Below the pieces are notes generated by a model that saw only the letters and a program-made list of their open reading frames with translations, had not been told where the DNA came from and searched no databases. From contig CBFFRP010000463.1 in NCBI GenBank assembly GCA_965644295.1, positions 62,001 to 126,000 on the forward strand: a stretch of 64,000 bases of DNA, in the 5' to 3' direction. Of this stretch, positions 13,163 to 28,296 are shown one piece after another; the first letter of the stretch is position 1; each line of letters starts with the position of its first letter. Source of the DNA: Paraphysomonas bandaiensis (taxonomy: Eukaryota; Protista; Chrysophyceae). The translations under genes and the position numbers were made by a program.

Positions 13163-15875
13163 CTAAGTCGCAGAGTATAATATGCGAAAATGAATCGACA
13201 TAACTAAGAATGTTGCATACACTACGACTCCGGTTACCCTACAAAAATAAAACACTATATAATAAATTTAATCATCGATATATAAAAACCGCACCAAATC
13301 AACTTCACGCCAGGAGCAAAGGAATAATACGTCGAATCGAGCTCGGACATGTTATCGAAATTCATCCCCCTAAATAAAGTCACATGTAATACGTAATCAT
13401 GGAAACCACAAGACATACCAGTAGCCTGTAAGTATAGTCAACGGTGCTAAGAATACAGTAACTACAGTTAGAACAAAAGAAAAGAAATTCCGCTTCTCTT
13501 CCAGACTGAGTCGTATATCCTCTTTAACTTTTTCCACATCTTTGAGAAGGCACTTCAATTGCTCTGTCCAATACTTAATACCCTTCACTTCTAGTGATTC
13601 GTCCCCTTCAATGACAAACTCAATATTTCGACAAGGGTCATCCCCAAGAAATTCTTTTGCAATATCGTATGATATTGGCACACACTGGCATCCACTGGGT
13701 AAGGTTGAAAAGCTTAATTGTACCTTGTCAGTAAGACCGGATCGGCGTCTGGAAAGAAGGGATTTATGTTTTATAATTACCTTTCGTTTTGGAAGTATCG
13801 GCGGTACGCTATTGAAATTCGTTTTATCATTGTTGTGTTTCGGACTGTGTTCGTCTGACCCAATGGACTCAGTGTCCACACTCTCAAATGACTGGAAGCG
13901 ACGCTGGCCTTCCTCTTCTTCAAGTGCCGCTTGAGCAGCCTCTTCGGCAGCCAAAGCTTCTTGTGCACGTTGTCTAGCACCCTCAGCATACATACTTTCA
14001 AATATTTCCAATGTAGGATCAGCGTAATCTTTTAAATTATTCACAAGAGTGAACATCTCCTTTGCCTATACTTGCGTAAAAACTAAAGTGACAACATAAA
14101 TGTATATCTACATACATGTGCGGAGTGCTTCGAAACAGCTAGATCATCAACTTCACAAGCAATTACATTCAACCAGGCACTGAGCGTGCCCAGTGTGTTC
14201 ATTGAAAAGCTATGAAGAAGGGTCACTAACACTGCAGCAAGTGCAGCAGGAGAGTCCGTCAGCTCTCCAGCAGTCGAAACAATACCGTCCTTACATAGGT
14301 TCTGCAATAGCTTCATCCTCACTCCTGTGATAAGACGACCCACTACACCCAGTTTCGAATCCTCTAAAATAGTAGAATTCTTACGGTGAGGTGATGCTTC
14401 CCTCTCTTCGCTGTCTATCTCTCGGATAGTTACACAGCACGCAGGACCGTGTCCTTGATCCAGTATGTGAAGACTTAGGTTATCACACTGAATCTTCGGT
14501 GGGCGCTTCTTAATTTCACCAGCAGAGAGTAGCCACGTCGGCTCTCGCCGCCAGCTTGAGTTACTTTGGCGGTTTAATGGTGCAGGTGTGAGAACACTCG
14601 ACCCTACTAGTGAATCGGCAGTGGAAGCACCTTGGGTTACTTCATTATCAATATCATCACCATTTCTATCATCGTCCAGTCGCTACAGCGCAAAGAAATT
14701 CAGGAAAGCCACAAATTGGTGTGTACAATGTAACTTACATTTGCAATGATCTGTGCATTTTCACATGAGTTTATGAACTCCGTAACAAGCGATGTCGCAG
14801 ATGACGCTCTGAAAAAAAAAGCAAACCTAGAAAAATAGTACTCCATTATTGCAGACTTGGTAGACTGCGAGAAAAGTGAGTCCAATGAAGAATCCAACCA
14901 TGACGGGATGTGGTGCACAATAGGTGTGCCGAGTATCCAGAGAGACTGGCAAAATAGACTAAGAGAGGAGACACCTCCCATGTTGCTAGTACCGTTTCCG
15001 GCATATATGTGGCTTTTTTCTTCGCGAGGAAGACAAGTACCAAACTGACCAAAACTTGATCGAAACTTACTGTCGTTGGGCAGACCAAGGCCAGCAATGT
15101 ACTTGTCCACACGGTGCGATGCAACCTTGACCATTGCTATGTCTATCCACCAGAACACTTTCAGTGGAGACCCCATGTTGTTCATTGCATCCCGGGTAAT
15201 TTGCTCATTAATGTCGGCGAGATTCGCACTCCAGTTAGGAACAATTTCATAATCAAGCTCATCTAAGCGTTTATTAGCAGCGCCATCTGTGCTATAAACT
15301 CTCTTCTCGTGCATTAAAAACAAGGGACCGTCAGGCATTTCAGTAACTGAGCCCAAATGAAGTTGAAATATACCTCCTGAAGAGTTATTTCCATACCTAA
15401 TAGCACACACGAATTCAGTGGGCTTTCTCTTTTTAGGTGGACCTTTCTTGTCCGTGGAGCTATCGAAACATGAAGCGGGCTTGGTAAATATCATTTGGTA
15501 GGCAGATACAAATTCTTGCATGTTAAGAGTCCCATTCTTATGAACATCAACCGCCCGAAATACACTGCATTATACATTAATATATAAACCAAATCACGTA
15601 TATATGTAACACCTTGCAACGAAATCTTCACTGGCTTTAATTTTCAGTTTATTAATAATCTGAGAGAACTCTTCAAGATCTAATTCGCCGTTACCATCTC
15701 TATCTAGTCGACGAAACAAATCAGATAGTTGTCCAGATGTAAGCATACGTCGAGCTGGTTTTCTTTCCACAGCAGCTGAAACAGAAGCAGATCGACTAAA
15801 TAGACGAAGTAATGATGTCCGATTGCTATGACGATCATGAGTACACTCTGATTCTCTGATTTGTTCCGTAGACAT
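13163..15875 (-). CDS. EF-hand pair fused to a CorA/MRS2-type Mg2+ channel (multi-exon)
   Basis: N-terminal LDRDGNGELDLEEF and VDVHKNGTLNMQEF; C-terminal LTVVTVFLAPLTILTGYW-GMNFDNMSEL (GMN motif after splicing), then a second TM helix WVTGVVVYATFLVMSIHFRIL. Confidence 0.88.
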
Positions 15876-16305
15876 GATGAGAATGAGATGTTTTTCAATA
15901 GAATGTGGTTTAGTGGAACATATTCATATGGAGGTATGTGTCAGTACGATACGACTGTGACTATGTAAATCTGGTGAGAACATGTACACAGAGATGATAT
16001 ACAGGATACAACACTTCTGCTACGTCGTATACGTATGTATGTATGTACACTACTCGATGTATAAAAGTACAAAGTACAGAAGTACATTATGTACTGATAT
16101 ATATTATGTACGAAGTCTGCTGCTGTACTATGGTATGGTGTACCAGTGTACCTATACCCGTATACCAGTATACCATCATATATAATGTTTGACAGTGCTA
16201 TAGATATATATACACATACCACCATACATTACCACTCCTATTGCATAATACTTCATCCAATCTATACAGCAATCAGTTAACAATTATTTAATCCATAAAC
16301 TGACA

Positions 16306-17854
16306 ATGAGTGATGAAGAATATGAATATGATTATGGATCTGATGCAGATTATGACTATGGATCAGACGGAGATGAAGAAGGAGGAGATGATGAATTAAT
16401 AGAAATTGAAAACTCTTATTATGAAGGTGATGATTGCAAGTATCAGAATCCATTGGAAGCAGTTAGATTGTATGTATTATTTATTATATTAATTATTAGA
16501 TTATTATTTTTTGTAAATAGATTTGAGAGAGTTGTTGAAATGGAAACTAATCGTGGTGAAGATGTTGTCTGGTATATAGTCATATCTACCTATAAGTACA
16601 TTGGTTTAATGTTAATGCAGGAGATTTAAAGCTCTTCGTAATTTGGTTGTATTATACTTTTCTCTGGACGAGAATTCTAAGATGTTGGAGCGCTATCGAC
16701 TTATGTTGAGCTACATGAATAAAGTTACGAGAAACGATTGTACGGATGCGATCAATGTGGTGTTGGACACCCTGCAGACTGCAAAAGAAATTTCTAATCT
16801 TTCTGAAGTAAGAACATGCTATATCTTGTGATGTATATAATTATTCGTTTGAACTTGATACAGATGTATGAGGTTACGCTTGATGCCCTGAAGTCCGCGA
16901 ACAATGAAAGGCTCTGGTTCAACACTAATTTAAAGTTAGCTAAATTGTACATGGACACAAATAAAATCAATGATGTGGAACGCATTCTGTTGCTATTGAA
17001 AAGCTCCTGTCAACACCCGGATGGCTCTGATGATATCAGCAAGGGTACTTATCTGCTGGAGGTGTACTGCTTGGAGATACAATTGTGCACCCTCACCCAA
17101 GACCCTGCGCGCATGCGCCAGATTTATCCACGCACCCTCAATCTTAACGCTGCAGTATCTGATCCTCGCATAATGGGTGTTATTCGAGAAGAGGGGGGAA
17201 AGATGTATATGATAGAAGGCCAGTGGAAGGAGGCCTACGACGAGCTCTTCGAAGCATTTCGTGCCTACCAGCAGGCTGGTAACTCCAGGGCCAAATCCTG
17301 TCTTAAATACGTCGTCTTGGCATCAATGCTCGCTTTGAGCGATATTAACCCCTTTTCTGCGCGCGAAGCGAAGGTTTATGCTGATGATAAGGAGATACTG
17401 GCGATGAGTCAGCTGCGGCAATCCCTAGAGGCCAATGATTTGAAGCGGTTTGAGAGAATCATCCGTGACAGGAGCAATCGCATATGTGACGAGCCCTTCT
17501 TAATGACATACATCGATTCCCTCAGGAGGCGCATGCGGGAGCAGGTGAGTGCGGTATGCTAATCATAAGAACTTTGTAATAGTTCGTTGATAGGCATTGT
17601 TAAGTCTGACGAAACCATATCAGAAAGTATCACTAGCATATTTGGGGCAGGAGTTGTCTCTGGAAGTGTCTGACGTTGAAAGTCTTCTGGTGGATCTAAT
17701 AATGGATGACAAGCTTGAGGGAAACGTTGACCAAGTGAATGGCAATGTAGTTTTGAGTCGAAAAGATAAATCGCTTGATCTTAAAAAGCTCCAAGCAATA
17801 GAGAAGTATGCAGACGCTGAACGTAAAGTGTTGAAAGATTTTCCATTCCGCTGA
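16306..17854 (+). CDS. CSN2: COP9 signalosome subunit 2 (multi-exon)
   Basis: Acidic N-terminus, EIENSYY, NERLWFNTNLKLAKLY, KGTYLLEVYCLEIQ, IMGVIREEGGKM, CLKYVVLASML and a C-terminal PCI domain. Confidence 0.96.
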
Positions 17855-18292
17855 AACTGATTTTGTAGTATTATGACTGTGATAAATATTCCATTGAAAT
17901 ATTTGGTAGGATAATGAATGAACATGTGTTGTAACTGTATCATAGCGATTAATAACTACTTGAAGTACAATTAATCTTCCGCTCACCGCTCAATGTAGAA
18001 AACACTACATTACTGTAATACAGGTAATACAGTCTGGAAGTGACAATGGGACTTAGGTGTGACAATATTTCCTTTCAAAATTTTGCTTTTAATTTTGCTA
18101 CTCCTCCACACTAGCTTCTGTGCTCTTACTAATTAACGTGAAGCTTGATGAAACATGTGCTGTCATCTTTGCTGTGGATATGTGCACTAGTTATCTACTT
18201 AGCCACATCCTCCTGATTCTAATTGTACTTGCAATAATGTGTTCAACATTTGTGGTATATTCAGATATTGTAAGGTCCATTACACATTACAC

Positions 18293-19050
18293 AGTAGTGA
18301 GTGTCTTATTATTAGCAATATAATTGTAATAACCAGAATTTAATGCAGCAAAACAGTTTAACTAACTCATGCTTAACTCTCTGATATCCTACAAGTTTAC
18401 GCTACAAAAAGCTGCTTGTGCGTCACCGCAAGCACCATGATGGAACCGCGTTCGCTCTATCGCTCAAATCAAACCCACCAGTGAGCAAGCAAAATGTTGA
18501 TGTTATTACCTGACAACTGCCGACTTCAGGGTCCATTACACATGACGGAAATTCGTACATCCCCCAACACCCAACACCCTTGAGATTACACCTGCTCCTG
18601 CATTGTAAAATATTTCGACTCCATGCTCTATATATCAACAACAGCCTCCTATTTTGATAGCTAAGAATGTGATCCCCCTCAACAAATTTGGACTCGTACC
18701 ATTCGTGGTGTTCTGAGTTCTGAGGGATAAGTACCGGACATGTTTCTCCGGGAAACTAACCTGAGCTGCATGCCGCATATATAGGCAGCAGATATTGTTC
18801 TGCCCACTCATAGCCAAATGCTTGTGTGGTACAACGTACAACGCGCACAAATAAATGTCACTTGTGTAGAAGTTTTTGGGCGCTGACGAGTACACACGCA
18901 TCCGGGAATGGGCTCACCTCAAGGGCATCCGGTGTGTTGGCTGCCTACTGAAGTCAAGTATTTATCAGAGTTAAGCACTAGTTAGTAGTTAAATTGTTTT
19001 TTGCTACATTAGTTCTAACTCCTATTGCAAATAATCAGACATTCACTACT
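18293..19050. mobile_element. Non-autonomous TIR element (family A), ~760 bp with ~90-bp imperfect TIRs
   Basis: Left end agtagtgagtgtcttattattagcaat...tgcttaactct pairs with right end agagttaagca...attgcaaataatcagacattcactact; parts recur at 11.9, 12.4-13.0 and 46.5 kb; no TSD seen. Confidence 0.7.
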
Positions 19051-19266
19051 ACCTGGTCACCACCAGATATTAACTATGATAAGGTACTGACGAGGAAGGA
19101 AGTTAATTGTCGACATGATCCTTTTTTGCTTTATACTCACATTACGCATGTTCGCATTCAGCTAACATAAATTGCACCAACAAGCCTACAACCATATGCT
19201 ATATTCAAAAGTACTCACGAGACTATAAATAATGGTTACAATTTTATTCAACCAAATATTGTACTA

Positions 19267-21164
19267 CTATGGTTTCCACAATTTTAATTCGCCATTATCG
19301 GTAATTGTTGCAACTAAGTTCCGATGGGGATGGTGAGCAATTCCTATCACCTCTCTATCTGCAGCCTCCAGTACATTTTCTAACTGACCTGTCTGTGTAT
19401 CAAACATGTACATAACTCCGTCTTCCCCCATACAATATACCCACTTTCCTGGTGTAAATGTAACTAGAGAGTCACACAATCAGAAATGATAATTTACCTT
19501 GCGGGGAAGTTGTTGCGCATGTGAAGTCTCCGCCTGAAGCTTTTCCCGATGAAAAGGTTTTAACCACCTATCAAAATCCGATTACAATATAAAATACAGA
19601 CTGTCGATTATATACCTGGCCTTGTGTGGTCATTACAAATGCTTGGGGTCCTTTCACACACACCAGAATATGATCAGGGTTCGTAGGCATCAACTGTATT
19701 GTGTGCACTGCTATCTCTCTCGCAAGTGATCCAGCAGAAAGTCCTGGTCTATATACAAATAACATAAATTAAAAGTTGTGGACCACACATTAACAAATCA
19801 CCTAAAGTTCAGTAGACATTCAGTGGTACGAACGTCCCAAAGTCTGATAGAACCATCAGACGAAGCTGACAGAGCGTTGGACCCATCCTTGGTATATATG
19901 ACGGAATTCACAAATGATGTATGTCCCCTGCATACACAGTTACACAACCATGACGCGGTAAACCGGTGTTTTCCCACCTAAACTCCTTCAGTGTTTTACC
20001 AGACTTTAGTCCATGGATTCGTGCAAGACAATCGAAGGACCCCGTTAGCAGCTGAGAGCTATCCTTGGCAAAACACAGAGCAGTTACTCCCTGTGAGTGT
20101 GCCCGGTTGAACTTTCTTAGGCAAGCACCGGTGGACAGCCTCCATACTTTCACCTTACCATCTCGGCTACCTGTGGCAAGAAGTTCTCCATCTCTGTTAA
20201 ATGTCGAACAAAGTATTGGCTCCTCTTCGTGCATCATAAGCTCGTCCTTCTCCTGGTACTCCAAGTCTTTCCGCAACCTGCACGTGTCCGCATCCCAAAC
20301 TTCCACGAAACCGTCAACCGACCCAGTAACAAGGCTCGTACCATCGGGAGAAAATATAGTTGTCTCTGGATGGGAATCTGGACTGAACTTTATGTGTCCC
20401 GCCTGGCGACGCGGCATTTTTTCTTCCTGGTCTTTGCGAGTTGATCGACGCCCCCCACGGAACAAGTCCATAGTGCCGTCTTTCGGAATCAGTCCTTGCG
20501 CTTGTTGAAACCGTAGTGCTTGTCCAAGTAATGACAGCAACCGTGACGGTGGTACAACAGATACCTCACTCGAGAGTGCATCTGCGATTTCATGGCGTCT
20601 TCGTTCTTTGGTGATACCCATCTCGTATGCATCCGAATCCACGAACACCGGTCGTTGACACAGGTGCTCAAGTTTCATGTAGCGGTCGGGCTGCTCTACT
20701 TTCATGTATCGCATGGGTTCGGTGGTGCGCAATAGCTATAAAAACATTAGACGCATCGAGGGAAGTGCTGTGATTTTACCTCCCGAGCAAGATCAACTTC
20801 ACGGGCTTCCAAGAGTTCTATTACCACCTGCTCGTATAAGTTCACAAGCTTCTCCCGAGGTAGCTGTAGAGATGATACTTGCGATAATACAAGGTCCCAT
20901 CTGCCGGAATGGATATCCGATATAAAAGTCTCCATGTTAGCCACCTTTTAAACTATTAGTTGAGTTAGTTGATTGAAGGCAGTTATACTCACAGTGTTTA
21001 ATGATACGCCTGATTCCACTTGAAGAGCTTTCATGGCATCATTCATATTGTTTTCCTTTAAGAATTGTAGAATGAGTTTGACGACATCCTGTGAATCTGA
21101 TAGTATGCAGTGTCACTTCTGTGTGTTGGTATATATATATATATGCACCTATTTCCAAGTTCAT
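19267..21164 (-). CDS. SMU1: WD40-repeat spliceosomal protein SMU1 (multi-exon)
   Basis: [13 protein letters not shown] (LisH), [11 protein letters not shown] (CTLH), [42 protein letters not shown] and C-terminal [10 protein letters not shown]...LKLWKP. Confidence 0.97.
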
Positions 21165-21697
21165 CGGCTGTATTTAAAGGCAGATACTGCAGTCTATTAA
21201 AAGATTATTGGATAAAATGCAATAGAGACACACACTACACTATAGGATAGTATGAATAGTATTAAGGTTATAGACGATATGTATATATGATATATGTATG
21301 TATATATGGCAGTGTACAATAACAGGAGTAGACTGTACCTGTATATATGGTGTACAGCAGTACATATATGTACAGATGGAATGACTGAGTACAGTCTCGT
21401 CCTCCAGACATGCATACATTCTTACGAGAGATCCTTCAATATCCATATCATACATATGCATTATCTCATAAATTTAATTTCGAGTACTTCAGTATGCACT
21501 TTTGTTGAGAAAAGTCCCAATCAGATGCTTTGAATCACATCATTCTCACACTTCATCTTCACTTCATCTTCACTTCGTCTTCTTATATATATATTCCTGT
21601 ATATAATCCGATGTTTACACTTATTATTTACATAAGTATGAATCAATACACAATACACGAATATCTATCCACATATTGATAAGATTGAGATTTAAGC

Positions 21698-24600
21698 ATG
21701 GAAGTCGATACAGAGGACTCTAATAGAATTATTACTGCTGTCAGAATCAGGCCTTTGTCTTCAGAAGAGACTTCTAAAGGCTCGAATATCGTCGCATCGG
21801 CTGACTATCACAGAAATGAAATAATCCTACTAAACCCTGTGTTTTTTAAGTCTAGTCAGCAAACAGAGAGGCTGAGGAAATTAGAAGAGCGCCGGTTTGC
21901 ATGTGATCATGTGTTTTGGTCCGTAGAAGAGACTCATGCGGATTATTGCGGTCAGGAGGATGTGTATAGTAAGGTAGGAAGCCCTATAGTGCAGAATGCA
22001 TTAGCTGGACTGAACTGCTGCATGTTTGCTTATGGTAAGGATGCAACTGTTGTGCCTTCATACTATTTATTTATCATCTGCAGGGCAAACCGGTAGTGGT
22101 AAAACGTATACTATGATGGGAAATCCAGTAAACGATGATGCTGGAGTCATTCCAAGATTATGCCGCAGTGTATTCCATGCAGTTAATGAGAGAATTATGC
22201 GTACTTCAGAAGTAAATGCGAGAGGTGAAATGAATGAAAATGACTATATGGAGCCTTTTTTTACTATTGATGCGTCCATCGATGTCGCGTATTATGAAAT
22301 TTATAATGAACGTGTATATGATCTCTTATCTGAGACTCCGGAAACACCATCCAAAGTTAGGGAACGCCCCGGTGAAGGGGCATACGTAGAGGGGCTAGTC
22401 ATGCGCCCAGTTAAGTGCTACGACGATGTCCACATGGTATTAGAGGAGGGACATAGCAAGAGACAAGTGGCCGAGACTTCAATGAATGCGGAAAGTTCTC
22501 GCTCCCATGCTATATTCACAATGTTTCTTCGACAGAAAGTTTGTGTACCAACAATGGAGTGTCAAAGTCTAAAGGAAATACAGCCTATCCAGCGGAGGAG
22601 CAAAGTCTGCTTGATCGATCTTGCTGGGAGCGAACGCATTAATTCCACTGGTGCTACTGGGGACAGGCTAAAGGAGGCCACTAATATCAATAAGTCGCTC
22701 TTCGTACTTGGAGATGTTATCAAATCTCTTTCTGAAATGGTAGAGGGTGGCGGCGACAAGTTTGTACCGTACCGAAACTCCACGCTGACTTGGATACTGA
22801 AGGATAGTCTTGGAGGAAATAGCAGAACTACTATGCTTGCCACGATCAGTCCCATTGATGCTTCGTACAGTGAATCCATGAACACGCTTCGATATGTAGA
22901 GCGCGCCAAACTAATCATGAGCAATGCTGTTGTCAACGACGACAACAGCAACGATCCGTATGTGAAGCATTTACAACAACAGCTCGCCCTGTACAAAGGG
23001 AAGCTTAGTGCAGCTCTAATGAGCATTCGCGAGAAAGATGCAATTCATCAGCAACAGCTATGTGCTCTTCAAAGTGAACTGGATGCTGTGTCTTCTGGCT
23101 CCATCACTCAGTCTAAGATGCTTCGTGGTAACAGTGATGATCTTAAAGTAGACATCCTTGCCTGTTCAAGTGACTTTTCAGATGATGAGGCTATATCAGA
23201 GGGAAACACGACTTTTGTTACTGACAGACACAGAGGTGAACATCTGTGTATAAGGGATGAAGTAGGTCCAAATGAAATTGAGTCACTGAAAAAGTCATTG
23301 CGTACGTCTTTGATGGAGTATGAAATGCTGAACCAGCGAATGCTTCATGCGGACGATATGCATAAAATTGAGGTGCAGTTCCTTGAAGAGCGGGTAAGAT
23401 CACTGGAGTGTGATATGGAACTTGCAGCGGTCTCTCCCGGTAGCCCGAGCGAGAGAGAAAATGAAGAACGTGTGGGTGGGCTACATATTATAATCGAGCA
23501 GCTTCGAATTCGCTTAGAATCTGTGGAAAGTGAGTTATATGCCACACAAGAAAAGAGTTTATGCGATTCACGTAACTTTGAAGAAAAATCGGCGAGTTAC
23601 GAGGCTGTCATAAACCGGTTGAATGAAGAGTTACAGACTGAGCGAAGGCGCTATGACAATGACAGGAAGAAATACCAATTACACGTTTCTTCTTTAAACG
23701 ATAAGTTAAGAAAATTAGATGAAGATAACAATATAAATATGTTGCAGTATGAAGCGAAAATTGCTCATTTGTCTGAAACAGTATCTGATTTAATGGAGGA
23801 AACTGAAGCGACACGGCAACAGCTATCTCTTGAGAAATCTGCCCATCAAGACACTGCCGCATCGGCACAAACCGCAACTGCTCTGCACAAGGATCACATA
23901 TCTGACATGTATTGTGTGTTAAAAAAAATATGGCATATGACAACCTCAAGAAATGATGAATCCTGCGATGTTGAAGATTTTATTGCTCATAGCGACAACT
24001 TGACGGATATAGCAGACCGTTATTGTTTGATTTTACAGCATTTTAATCAAGTTTTTGAGCAGCTACGATATACTTCCTCAACACGAGATGAACAACTTCG
24101 AGAAACTGAGATTGCATTACAGGCCAAGACGGCGGAGTTGTCTTCATTCCGCAGTGAACATGAATCTGAATTGGCAGCTACGTGTTTGGAGTTGAGTGAT
24201 CTTCGGGCCGGTATATCTTCCTGTAATGAGCAGCTTCGGGAAACTGAGATTGCATTACAGGCCAAGACGGCGGAGTTGTCTTCATGCCGCAGTGAACATG
24301 AATCTGAATTGGCAGCTACGCGTTTGGAGTTGAGTGAGCTTCGGGCCGATATATCTTCCTGTAATGAGCAGCTTCGGGAAACTGAGATTGCATTACAGGC
24401 CAAGACGGCGGAGTTGTCTTCATGCCGCAGTGAACATGAATCTGAATTGGCAGCTACGCGTTTGGAGTTGAGTGAGCTTCGGGCCGATATATCTTCCTGT
24501 AATGAGCAGCTTCGGGAAGCTGAAATCGCATTACAGGCCAAGACGGCGGAGTTGTCTTCATGCCGCAGTGAACATGAATCTGAATTGGCAGCTACGCGTT

Positions 24601-25052
24601 TGGAGTTGAGTGAGCTTCGGGCCGATATATCTTCCTGTAATGAGCAGCTTCGAGAATCTGAGAGTGCCTCTCAACTCAAGGAGTCAGTTGATGACACTAA
24701 TATGGTGCAAAGAGGGGGGTTAGCGCCAAATTCTTCTGCGTTGGACTGCCAATCAGCTGAGATCTCGCGCAATAACGCGTACACTGCAGTGCCATTGCTA
24801 CCTGATCAGCAAATGACAGAAGAAGCGAATTCGAAATCTAGTGATGCCGTCTCTAGTATTAAAAAAGATGAGGTTTCAGAACATCAGGAACAATCTCTAA
24901 TCGATCAACTTCGAAAGGTAGAAAATGAGTTCGAGGAATATCGTAAAATACATGGCACTTTACTTCATGACGCAGAAGAGACGGTACAGAAGTTAAAGGC
25001 ACAATTGCGTTCCAAAAATGATGAGCGTAGTACTATATGTTGCTTTTCCTGA
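21698..25052 (+). CDS. Kinesin-3-like motor with long coiled-coil stalk (3' end uncertain, may include further small exons to ~25400)
   Basis: FAYGQTGSGKTYTM (P-loop, across the intron ~22035-22083), SSRSH, LIDLAGSER, VPYRNSTLTWILKDSLGGNSRT and neck NAVVNDD. Confidence 0.93.
24088..24660 (+). repeat. Coding tandem repeat, 138 bp (46 aa) x ~4.1
   Basis: Unit NEQLRETEIALQAKTAELSSCRSEHESELAATRLELSELRADISSC; the same phase recurs at 24102, 24240, 24378 and 24516. Confidence 0.97.
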
Positions 25053-26113
25053 TAAAATTTTGTACTCCCAAAGCAGCTTTGATATATGTATATAAAACAC
25101 GTGAGTTAAAAAGGAAATGAAAACAAGCTGGCTTCGAACCATTTGGTAATGTTACTAGCAGTATAAAGCACAGCTAGGGTATCATAAGTCACATATAAAA
25201 GTTTCAGTGAAGAGTAGATATCCTTTTGTGATAGAACAAAATTTAGACTATTCAGCAATGCAACAAAAATAGTGAAAGAAAACAGTAATTGTTTCAGACA
25301 AGACTGATACATTGATCAGGACAACGAGACAAACCATCAGAAAAATAAGGACGCAAGCACCGCAGTCTTCTTTTCACCAAATATTACCCAGTAGCATTTT
25401 ACGTTATACCGTCTAACACAAACTAATTACTATTTTCATGTAGTGTGTATTGAAGGCTATTGTCAGTCTCTCAGTGATCTTGGTAGTTAGTATTGAACTA
25501 CAACCAACTCCTACGTGCGTACTTGAAGTTTGGTAAAGCCAATCGCTAGTAGTTATCCTGTATTCTATGTAGCAATGAAATACAGAATATACATGATTAC
25601 AGTATAGGAGTAGCTATTACAAGTATACAAAGAAACTGAAAATATAGTAGCTGTTAAAGATATGATTTGTAGAACAGAATGTTGATGTTGGTGAATGACG
25701 TGGTTCCTAACTCACAGTGCTACAATATCATAAACTTACTATATCTTCTATAATATCAGTCAATACTGCACTAACTAAAAGCTTAAATTAATAGTTAGAG
25801 AGTCGTCATTGAGTATATCAAAGCTAGCATATATGTATACATCAACGACACTATGTATCACACGTCACCTGCTATTGCACTAACAATCATAGACAATCAC
25901 GCGACTCGCTTTCATAAGACCACGATGCAATACACAACGAAACTACAAACCCAGCCCATATGAAACACACACGAAAGGAGGGGATTCTTCGAGCCTGTAA
26001 TGATACAACGCTGGTTCCCGCTGTGCGTGTCTATGAATACTATAAACGCTGCTTCACACCACATAAATGCTTGTTGGTATTATATATAATATAAATTATT
26101 AGCATCATTGTAT

Positions 26114-27631
<1,518 letters not shown>

Positions 27632-28296
27632 TTAGGGTGATAGAGGATGATGAGGTTATTGAAAGGGGGAAGAGTTTGGTAAAGTGAAAGTGTTTGTATG
27701 GGTGTTTTCGTAACTATTATATGAACTTATATATATGTGTATAGATGTATGGATGGACCTACAGGCAAATCTGATTGGTGAATGAAGGGTCCATATGACT
27801 GACCATACAGCTGTATACTATTGCAGTCTGGTACAGCATACATGGCATACATGGACATATGTGCATGTTTTTGGGTGGATAGAAATTCATTGATCAATAA
27901 AATACAGGTGTAGGATGGCATCCCTACAGAGGAATACAGAAGGCCTCCACTCTCACATACCTCCTCAGAATACAGTTTTTATACACCGTATATTCATCAG
28001 TCTGCTGCTGCTACAGTCATAATTTTCCCTAATAATCTAGTGTCCGTTAAAGATACTTCAACTTCACCAGTAGCTTACATATGTCCGATGTCGGATAATG
28101 TTCTTTTGATAATACATTCGTTTCCCTTCATATACGTTTATGTCCATATCCACCATACACTGAGGTCTATAGGAGAGATCGCATGACATTGCTATGAAAT
28201 TTCTGTCATAATTAAACCAATTCATAATCTATAACATATTCACATATTTACGGTACATTACCACCAAAGTTCCCCTCATCATTACCCATCAATCCT

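Noticed and set aside
24088-24660. Regular repeats considered as a CRISPR array
   Set aside because: The units are contiguous, in-frame coding repeats with no unique spacers, in a eukaryotic gene
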